A stretch of 64,000 bases of DNA from contig NW_027192194.1 of assembly GCF_041956535.1 (NCBI RefSeq), positions 864,370-928,369 of the forward strand. The letters run 5' to 3'. The position numbers and the translations under genes are program-made. Within the stretch, counting starts at the first letter, position 1; each line of letters begins with the position of its first letter. The DNA is from Calcarisporiella thermophila CBS 279.70. Its lineage: Eukaryota; Fungi; Calcarisporiellomycota. Positions 53,502 through 64,000 of the stretch are shown piece after piece. Under the pieces are notes generated by a model, which saw only the letters and a program-made list of their open reading frames with translations, had not been told where the DNA came from and did no database searches.

Positions 53502-55254
53502 TTATAAATGACACGTGCTGCAGGTGATAAATCCAATAAATTTGCTCCAAAACCCTTTCTTGCGTTGAATGTTTCCTTGTTGGGGCAGTGCCATCGGCAT
53601 TTCGTCTGGATTAGTTGGTGCTTGATCATCATGAGTCCTTCCTGGACTCTGCCGCTTCTGTCGATACTGTTGGCTCAAATTAGCTTGACTTGTGGAGGGT
53701 TGGGTGGGCGGCCGTCCAAACGACTGGACTCGCTGTAGTCCCGAACGATGCCGAGGGTCTGAAAATTGTAATGCTGACATGGATGGGATGTTACCACTGC
53801 GCTGCAATGCAGATGATCCCCGAAGTGATACACGTGTGTTGGCCAAGTCCTCACGCATACCATAGGATGCACTTAGTCTTGTATGCTAGTAGATGAGTGA
53901 AAAGATACGAATAAGACTAGTGTCGAATACTTTGATCCTAAACCTGCCAAAGAATGACTCAATTACCTCTAAGGCTTTTCCTCCCAGAACCATCCAATCG
54001 AAAATCCCATCGTCCACCTCGCCAATATTTCTCAAAACTTGGGACATTAGATCCCGTAGAAAATCATAATCGGGTGTCTCCTCGAATCCAAGTTTCCGAA
54101 CATAATTTAAATAAATGGCAAATTCCTCTATTGTGGTATAAGTAGAGTTTATATATAAGTGAGAGCCAAAAAGATATATTAAGTAGCAGATACTCTACCA
54201 GGAAATCCGGCACACAGGTCCTTGACAGGTGTTGTTTGCTTCTTCTCACCAATCTTTTCATATTTTTGCTTGTTGGTTGCAGCTTTCAGCCCTTGCCATG
54301 GAAGTGATCCGCGTAAAAAATACATGAAAACATGCCCGAGGGATTCCAAGTCATCTCTTCGTGATTGTTCTACAGAGCATAATAACATTAATGCAAAATG
54401 AGCCTCTGGCCTCCGAGCTAGTTGGCATATTTCAAGAGTACATACCCCTTCCTAAATGAGTGTTGATACTCATATATCGTGCAGTTCCGCTCAAACTCTT
54501 CCTTTCCCGGTACGGTATATGCATTTTTGTCTTTGGGTCTCTGTATTGCTTTGCCATCCCGAAATCGACCATAAATACAGTGTTGGCTAGCTTGCTTCCA
54601 GGTCGGCCAATCAGGAAGTTGTCTGGTTTTATATCGCGGTATATGAGATTTTTCTCGTGCACGGTTTGCACTCGAGTGAGCATCTGTTTCGCCAGCATAG
54701 CGACGCACTTGATACTAAATTTCCGACCACATATATCAAAGAGATCCTCCAGACTCTTCCCTAGCAGATCCTCCACAAGAATATTGTACATGCCCTCCTG
54801 GCCAAAATAGTAAACTGCGGGTATACCAACTAGTATTGGAATAAAATCAATTTAGCAGTCATACTAGAACAAAGGCTCATAAGATAGCTGTGGCTCACCA
54901 CATCCAGCAAGAATTTTATATGCTCTATACTCGTCTCTTAGTTGCGGTGCATCTGTTTTACGCGGCTCAAACTTGATAGCCACTGGCTGATTATTAAGAA
55001 GATTGGTGCCTATAAGAGCCATAATAGGGAGAGCAGGCAGTAATCAGTAAACAAGCTTCGACAGAGCATATTTAGATGGCATGACACCACACTAGAGAAG
55101 CAAAAAATCACTCACCTTCGTAGATTATACCAAACGAGCCCTCGCCGATTTTCTTATGAATCCGATAATGTACACCGACGACATTGTTTGGCGAGGGAAG
55201 ACCATGATGAGTGCTTGCAATGCTATTAGAGAGGTGATGATGCTGATTAGCCAT
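53502..55254 (-). CDS. CK1: Casein kinase I (Yck1/2, Cki1/2 type)
   Basis: [63 protein letters not shown]; C-terminal Cys residues. Confidence 0.95.
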
Positions 55255-56450
55255 GCTAGGATCTCATATGCTTCCCGCTTCTTTTGTTTTTTTTTCGAAA
55301 GCTAAAAGAGAAGAATGACTTGTGCCCGCCACGAGACTCTGCTCTTTTTACAGTCGATTAAAAGTGGATATTAATTAGAAGGAACGAAAACAAATGATGG
55401 TAATCCCGCTATGAAACTTCGTGGTGATGGGAAGTAGTAGATAAATTTCTCGCGAGAGTAGAAAGGAAAAAGAGAAAGGAAAAAAAAAAAGATGACAGTA
55501 GTAACGATAAAATCTATAGGGAAAGAGTAATTAATAATGCAGGGTCAATCTTCGACTTGTTGCGAAAAGTCCGAAGATGCAAAACAAAGCAAATGACTCT
55601 GATGGCGAATCTGTCTTCAGCGATGAAAGCGGTGTTTTAGAGAATATCAGGTGGTGTATCTAGTTTCTAGACTGGTGGGTGGGTTCGGAGAGATGAATGG
55701 TGCGAGGCCTTTGCACCGTTTATTTTCTCCTGCCTCGATCAATTCACGGGGGGTTTCTTGCTGCGCCAAGAGCTATCTCGCAATGCTTAAATAGGTGTAA
55801 CATTTTTGGATGATATTTGGAAGCGATTCTAGGGCTGGATCTGCCGAACCGCAGGAGAATTGGAACACGAGCGTATTCGCAATATAACCGTGAAATTTTA
55901 GAGGGGAGTCAATACTATGGCTGAGTAAATATAGACTGGAGAAAGAGAGAGTAGCATTCTATTGCTGCCACAAGTGCTCGACGAGTGATTTCGTATTTGA
56001 GATAGGGGCGAGATGAGAATCAGCATTAGCGGACTTTTCGGTCTCTGTGCTCGCTCTATTATGTGGTGATATCAAACTCTATTTTTTTTTTCCTTTTGAA
56101 GAAAGCTCATCTTAGATCTGGAAGATGGAAATTCGTGTGAAACCATTTATTAGAAATATATATGTATGTATAGTATATAGTAAAAGATTTGAAAATAAGA
56201 AAAGATGGAAGAGTTTTGAAATAAGGAATCAAGGAGGAATTTTTCATAAAAAAAAGATAGAATAATAATGAAAAAAAAGGTAAGGGTGGTGAAGCAAAAG
56301 AAATATCCATTCCAAAAAATATATATATTAAGGCAACAGTGCCCAACATTCCTAAATCCAAAAAAATCTTCCAACTACGAGAACCACATCAATACAACAT
56401 ATTCATATAAATAGAGAAGGAAAGGGCGAATGGTAAATAGCGAATGACGC

Positions 56451-59398
56451 TTATTCTTGTCCGAAGCCTACCGTCTCTTCAACTGCAAGAGTAAGCTAGT
56501 AAGGGGAATAAATTCGTTAGCCAGAGTTCACCCAGCTTATGCAGACTGATGTAGCTTACCTTGGAGACCAACGTTTCATACTCCTTGTACGGAGGTAGGT
56601 CAATCCGGTTAAAACATGTATGACTCTTGGGCAACTGCGATACGTCGCCCGCTTTCTCAATAGTGAATCGCCGAGGACCATCGCTCCCTTGTAAATCTTT
56701 GAAACCGTTGACCGGAATACGGGATGTACCAGTTGCAAATTGAAGTAAACGAGCGCGTTGCTCATTGTCCCATGCTCGTACACATTTCCAGAACCACTGG
56801 ACGGGCTCATCTTGCTCCGTATAACCACGGTAATCAGTGTGCTTCTTCCAGTCATCCACATCGATCTCGGCAATTCCACCGATGAGCAGCTCGAGCTCAC
56901 GCTCGTCAAAAACGGCGACCAGGTCCGGAGGAATAAGCTGGTGGAAACCCTCCGCAAATGCATTGAATTGTTCTTGTACTCGCCTCGTGATACGCCACTC
57001 GGACATGAGCTCCACGTACTCTTTCTTGTTTTCCTCTGTAACAGTGATGTTGCTTCCGTCTGGTTTCAAGTCAACGGTCACCACTTCGCCAAACCGATCA
57101 TCCTCCGTTGAAAATGTAAGCTCGAGTACATCGGTGATGTCGTTCTCGAGAATCCAGGTTAGGCTGCGGAAAAACTCCGCATCCACACTCTCCATATCGC
57201 TAAGCGAGATCTTTTTCTTTAAAATCATCTTGTAGAATGAAACAATAAAGAAAGCATCGAGGAAGCGTCTATGGAATATGGCGAGGCCAACACAGCGGCC
57301 AATAAACTTGAAATAATTTAGGTGCTCGGGGTTGATCCCTGAGTGTGGGTTAATTTGTAGGGTATAGTTGTCGTGGGCAGAATACTCGAAAAGCCCGTAG
57401 AACGGGTTGAACATTTCGTGTGAAAGCAAGAAGAAAAACTCTCTGTGTAGCAAGAGCAAAAAGTTATACACATGGGATGTATGCTCATAAGAGAGAATAG
57501 GTTGGGATAAAATACCTTGACACGCCACCATAATCCAAACCCTCCTCCCCATCAAACTTGATCATCAAACGCTTCTTCAAATCCGAGGGTGACTGGCGCA
57601 TAATCTCTGAATATGAATCCTCAAATATATGGCTTCGCCGAACTCGGATATGGCACTGACCCGGAACAGGCCGCATTGCGGCTTGCGATCGGAAATAAAT
57701 AAGCTTCCGGCGGAAGTCTCGCTTGTATTGTGGTACATTCTGATCGAGACTACTTGGAAGGCGAGGATCGTCCCAGGTGGTTGTCTTCGTGTTGTGGTCA
57801 ACAAAATAGACTCGTCCAGTCGAAGTTAGGCGCATCTCCCAACCGGAGGGCAAAGAGCCGAGGGCAGCAAGAGCTTGTTGTTGTATAGTGACTTGGTTGT
57901 CCGAGTTTCCACCATACACACGCACATATTGCTGCCGTCTAGGGTCAACCCAGGTTGTGGTCCGAGTGTTGTGGTCAACAAAATAGGGTCTTCCTTCGGG
58001 TGTGACGCGCATCTCCCAGCCGGGCGGCAGAGGTCCGGTGCCGGGCGTTGTTGCATTCATCATCGTGGTCCCAATACCACTAGTAGGTCTTGAAGCAGAG
58101 GTGGATGCTTGTGGTCCTCCCGACACACTGGTGTTGCTCGCGGAGCCATCAACTTCTGGGAGAGTGCGGGTGTTATGACGACGTCGTTCCATCTCGGTCA
58201 CTTGCTGACGGTCTTGTGCACGCTGGGTGGCACTGGTTGAAGGTCGGGTCCAGGTTGTGGTCCGGTTATTGTGGTCTACATAGTAGGTGCGACCCAAGTG
58301 ATCCACACGACGCTCCCAACTATTAGACAAAATGATGAGATGAAAACCCCATTTAGAATATTCCGCAGTGCCGACAGAAGTTTACCCTGGTGGGAGCGGG
58401 CCATATTGATCCTCAAAAGAGGAGAGAGTTCGGTTATTTCCCGAAGTTGTCGACGCTGCTTGCTGGGGATGTGAATCATTGGAAGCAGGTGTGGGTCCAT
58501 TATTTAACGGTAAAGGCATACTAGCTCGCTGTATGGCAATTGCATCTGTCTCGGATCTGCTCGTGGAAGCTCGGGAGCCATGGGATGGTGTGCGCCGAAG
58601 CTCGTTAGTGCGAGGAGAGAGTGTGGAGTAGTTGCTTTGAGGGAGAGTGTCGGATGTATTTGAGGAGAGATTAATGATGAGTTTACCATGGACAACCTCG
58701 TTTGCGTTGGATTTTTTTAGCTCTAGAGTTAACATTTCTATGGTTTTGTTTTTGAATAGACAGTTAGTAAGATGGCGATGAGATGCACCGCAATCAGACT
58801 AATATTACCATCGCCACCAGCGGTAACATCAAACACATTCCCCACTTGGATATTGATTACCCCTAGGAAACCCTGATCTTTCTTCTTGAACTTTTTCTGA
58901 TCGAAAATTTGAATTGCAATGACACTTTGGTTGCTCACTTGCCTAATAGTGGAACAATTGAAATCGATCAATTCTCCACGCCATTTTAAAGAGAAATAGA
59001 ATCATACAAATCAAAGCTCTGGTTCCAATAAGGGTTCAGCGTCTTTCTAATAGCAGATGTGGTGCGAGTCTGTTCTCCGTCGACCGTAACAACTGCAAAA
59101 GGATCGGGTAATCCTGGGAAGCAAATATTAGTTGAATGAGCGCCAACACATTATTTTAAAGTAACAACAGGAACACTCACGGAAAACATCGCGCTTATAA
59201 AGACCATCCGCTGCTATGACTACAAAGGGGAATAAAATATGGGTTATATTAATGCTGCCAAGGTATTTCTCAATCTCATACCAGTTAATCGAACCGCGCG
59301 TCTGCATTGGAGAAAATACATAATTAGTATAAATCAGGGTGTTACCACATGACAGATTAGGTTTACGCTTCTGGACGATTGGCACTGTTGGAGCTCAT
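56451..59398 (-). CDS. RSP5: NEDD4-family HECT E3 ubiquitin ligase (C2, 3 WW, HECT)
   Basis: C2 domain ([17 protein letters not shown]), three WW domains, HECT with [10 protein letters not shown] and [14 protein letters not shown], ends [10 protein letters not shown]. Confidence 0.97.
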
Positions 59399-60044
59399 TT
59401 TGATAAAAATACTCAACTGACTTAAGGTACCGAAATTCCGTCAGATGCAACTTAAGTGTCATAAAAGTACTAAAAGAAAGAATACACCTGTAATTTCTCT
59501 GTTTAGTGAGAAAGCAGAAGTTATTAGCCGTGGATGGGGGTTGGTCAATGATCCCTCATGCAATTAGTGTGCGATCGAACTTAATTTGAGAGTAAAATGA
59601 GAGTAAAATGCCAAGATTTCAATTGTTCCTGCGGCATTTTCTTTCTTTCTTCCTTTTCAACCGGACATTAATTTACCAGAGGCTATTTACCTTGAAAATA
59701 TTCTCTCGTTAGCGCATTATCGACGAAAAATCGGTGAGCTGTGGAGAGAAGTGTAGGGAGCAAAGATAGTAGATATAAAATAATGAATGTTCGTCTTGTA
59801 GCACGTCACAAATTCCCATAAAAATACTATTCATGATGGAATTAGCCTTTGCAAATTTTATTTCTCCTTTTTCACAGGAAAAATAAAAGATCAAATGTTA
59901 AGAGAAGAACCGGCACAGAAAATAGGGTAAAGGCATTTGGCCCCCAAAATAAAATTCCTTAAAAAAATAAAATAATAGAAATAAAAAAATGCAATTCATT
60001 TTAAAAAAAAAATAATAATCTAGTAATACGAAAAAGTATTCTCT

Positions 60045-63000
60045 TCACTCATCCGCCTCCATAGGCAAATCGGCGGGCTTCACCATTCCAGGTACCTTCA
60101 AGGCGTACTCTCGCTCCAGTTTTCGCTTCTCCTCGAGTTCGGCTTCTCGCTCTTCCAAGAACAAATCTGCATTGTCCGTGCCGGCAAACTCCTTCAACTG
60201 AATGAGGAAATCGCGCACGTGCAATTTAAACGTGTTCAGGTCATTATTGAGCTGGAAAAGACCGATGGTAAAGCGTTGGATCTGGGCAAGTTGAAGATGG
60301 GGGAACGCGGTTTGCAAGAGGTTGACGATGTATTCCTGGAGGAATTCTTTATTAGTAATGTTGGGGTTCGGCACTTGAGCAGGATCGAAGAGAGGTGCCT
60401 GGATAGCACCTGACTCAAGCAGCTGGAAGAGACGTGCGAGAACTATAGTTTGCATCTTAAAACCTAGGAGATATGGGTGTAAGATGGGTCATTCGCAATC
60501 CTTTGGAGATATATGGTTAGTTAACCTACCGCTCTTGTGATCAGTATCGCTCAATACATAGAATACGTCTTGTAAAATGCTGAGGAAATAAGACTGGAAG
60601 AAAGCATTGGCGATGGCCGGCTCGGATGCGGTAAAGTTATTGATAAGTTCAAGGCAAATTTGCAGACCTGTGTCCGCAATGTCACGCATTGTATGCTTAA
60701 ATGCCCAAACGATGCTGTCCATGACGAGTTTGAATTGTGGTTGAGAGAGCCTCAAGAGAGCTACACATCAATCAAGGAAATAAACAAATTAGCATACGAC
60801 CCTTACGCCTAGATCAGAGCTGGAGTATACCTTGGAAGCAATGCTTATTGATGGCTTGCAATAATTTGAAGAATGCTACGCGGTGTTCGGGGTATTCAGC
60901 GAAATCTTTGTTGATCATATTGAGTGTACACTCGAAGACTGCCTCGAGGATGATGGGGACTTTGTCGGTCATGTGCGAGCCTAATTTGCTTACCACCGTG
61001 GCCATTAACCCGAGCACTTCTGAATCTCGCGCCTGCTCTACGTTCCGATTATAGTCTCCTAGAACAGCCTCGAGAAGGGGAGGCACCATGTTGTTTGTAA
61101 CAGCTTCGAGATCTTCAGCACGAGTCACATACGTATCCACCAATTTTAGCACCTCCTTCTTGATTGTGCGCAATGCACGCACACGGCTGTGGCGCGCCGC
61201 AATTGCACCTTGAGCTTTGATGGTGTCCGAGATGATCCCACTCACCGCCTTATAGAGACCGAGCATGTCCATGTAGATGCGGCCCATTTGAATATAGAAT
61301 CCACTTCCGATTGAACTGCATGCAGCAACATTCGTCTTAAGAATGTTGCCAAGCACTTTGACAGTGTCTGGGTTATTTAGGACGTCGACATTCCCAGCTG
61401 CCTGTGCCATTATTTGGTCCCACTAGCAGATGGAGAGAGTTTTAGCCATCTAGATAATCTAGCCTCTAGAGAAGTAAATTCACTTACTGCAGTGTTTGGC
61501 ATCGCCATGCACTTATTGATCAATCGCTCCTGGGCCGCCTTATTTCCCTGGGCCGAGATCATGCACCCGACAGCCTCGTAAAAAGTATGAACCTTTAAAT
61601 GAAACCAAGAGGGGGAGCAATTCGTAAATATAAAGTCGTAGGAATTTAATAGTAAAATGTAGGTCTACCTGTTGTGAGGACAAATCGGATGTAATTCTGC
61701 TCATATCATCGAGAATCTCGTCAATAAATGGCTGAACTTCTCCAGGCTGTTGAATTACGAAATGACGTTTACATTTCTGTGCGATTTTGATAAACGTATC
61801 GCAAGCCATATCTTGAACTCCTATAGTCAAATAAATGCCGTGTTAGCATTCGTTCCAAAAAAAACATAAGTGTAAGATCTTTTTTTCGCACCTTCATGCA
61901 ATTCATGCATGAACTCAAAGAGCTTGTTAACCACAGTCTTTAAGAATTTCCAGTGTGCACGCAAGAACCGTGGGTATTGGCCGACAATATACATGATGTT
62001 AGATGCAACCACTGCCTTGTTATCTTTGCCACGCTTCATCTCGCATAGAGAAAGCAAGTCCTTAATCACGGTCACAAGGAAACGTTTTTCAGTTTCCTCA
62101 CTCATTGCCCCTGATATGGAGCCAATAGCCCAGCAGAGTTTATTCAAATTAGCCCATGACCACTCCGTACCATCCATCTAAAAAACCATGAACCGATATA
62201 AGCAACTAGACGAAGAAATGCACGGGCTAAAAGATGTTGCCTTTACCTGACGGGATAACTTATTTGTCATGATGACCTCGGTATTAATCACATCCAAATG
62301 GGTGAGGTAGACCAAACATTCACGCATAGATTTGTAAAGCATGATTGTGTCACTTTCTTTTACAAACTCACGTACGATTTCACCTTCATCATTCTCCACT
62401 ACCAGTACCTTTTAAAGAAAAGCTGCGTTAGCATGAATTGAAAAAATAGTAATGCTGACACAATAACAACCTCCTCAGGTTTAACCATCCGCTCTATCAT
62501 GACTACCCTCAGATGAGTGAGGATCTCTGAGTATAAAATTCTTCGAGATTGGCTTTGGTTAGATGAGTTATTCATTGGATTCAAATTTAACAACGGCATA
62601 TCCTGCGTTTGTAATTCCTCGTAGAGTTGTTGAACCTAAGGCAGTTATTTAAATTCATCTGTGAAACATTACAAAACCATAAATAGGCCAAATTAATGTG
62701 ACTTACCAAGCCATTCCAATACTCAAGACACACTTTAAAGATTTCACGCTCCTCAACTTGTGAGATTTTTACAAGATATCGATGAGCCACAATTAGCAAC
62801 TCATGCAGCTGTGGTTTTTTCTCCAACAACTATCATCCAAGTATAAGTGAGTCAATTGAAATACCCTCGTCAAGTATATTCTCATTCGAAATACCTTTAG
62901 ATGAGCACCTAGGAAGCTGGCAAAGAAAAGTGCAAGATTTTGCACAAACTCTTGATCTTCATTGGAGCTATTTTCGTATGCAACCGCAATATCTAGAAGA

Positions 63001-64000
63001 TAAAAGTTGATTTATATCAATCATCTCTTTCATCCATCATTTCGAACCGGAGAACAAATACCTGCGTTCATGGGTATAATAGATTGAACGGATGCCATCA
63101 CCAAGCTAAACATCTTTATGAATTTCTCATCGTACTCTTCACCCACGGTCAACGCGCCGATCTCTGTCAAACATTTCAAGGTAACATTGCGAAATTGGGG
63201 CACCTCCAAGAACTAAAGAAAAAAAACAAAGATGAGGTTAAAATGCTCTTGGAAGACATTAAAAAATGTGCGCAAATAGCTACCCTATCCCGAAGATTTT
63301 CAATGATATTTGTCTCGAAAATGTAGCCAAGCGGAATCCAGTTCAAGAAACGCAGTAATGTCTCCAGCGTTGCTTGGATTAGACTAGGCTTCTGTGCCTT
63401 CTCCAAAACCTCAATACACAGCTGAAAGATTTCTGAAAATTCGCCGCACATGGTCGACTTCAAGTTTTTACTCTTAGCCTGGGTCATTTGCTCTGCGGAG
63501 AAATCAAAAATCTCCTCGCTAGAAGAGAGGGCATAAAACCAAAGAACATGAGCGTAAAGATCAGGGTAGGAATCAAGTTATAACAATACCTTAACAGTTT
63601 CAAAATAGCAAGATTGTTTTCACAAACAGGTAAGCTTGTACGGCTAGAACTGATGATTTCTGATATAAACGTGGGCCAATTATGGGGCCATTCTTGCTTC
63701 AAGATCTAGCGGAGGACGGGAATTGTAAGCCGCCATTAGAGCCTTTTGATTACCTTGAAAAATAAATACCTGTACTAGCACCATGTTTAATTTGGTGATG
63801 TAAGTTCTCTGACTGTGAAGCATGGACTCGTCTGAGGACACTTTTAATATTACAGACACCACATAATTTCGGATACCTATAGGAATGTTTAGTAAGAATA
63901 TAAATAGAAAAACCAACAATGATATAGTGTTGTAAACTACCGATGCGTTGTTCATTAGGTAGAGTTTTCCACCGTGTCTGCACGAATTTTTCGAGAATTT
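60045..64000 (-). CDS. CRM1: Exportin-1, 5' end outside the window
   Basis: [79 protein letters not shown]. Confidence 0.97.

Overview
Eukaryotic, intron-rich and gene-dense genomic DNA from a fungus. Short AT-rich introns, a U12-type intron, dymeclin and RUS1 point to an early-diverging lineage such as Mucoromycota or Zoopagomycota; the species cannot be determined from the sequence. The window holds about 24 protein-coding genes, mostly housekeeping: RlpA/expansin-like, REX4, ubiquitin-RPL40, AKAP7-like 2H phosphoesterase, dymeclin, PFA4, SNF2 ATPase, ROK1, MBP1/SWI4, SAC2, Myb, MDH, peroxiredoxin, RUS1, class IV chitin synthase, RNF126-like, FIS1, CK1, RSP5 and a partial CRM1. It also has two paralogous Cys-rich GPI-type surface proteins, a tRNA-His(GUG) gene and a 5'-truncated L1/Tx1-type LINE with a perfect 17-bp target-site duplication (TSD). 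The most notable observations are: (1) the LINE sits in a duplicate of the tRNA-His upstream flank, and the other copy carries a second duplication-bounded micro-insertion, suggesting tRNA-associated targeting; (2) a canonical minor-spliceosome intron in dymeclin; (3) 3-nt and 5-nt microexons inside conserved motifs; (4) a recurrent Homol-D-like promoter element. CDS coordinates are hand-derived gene spans including introns. No database searches were run.
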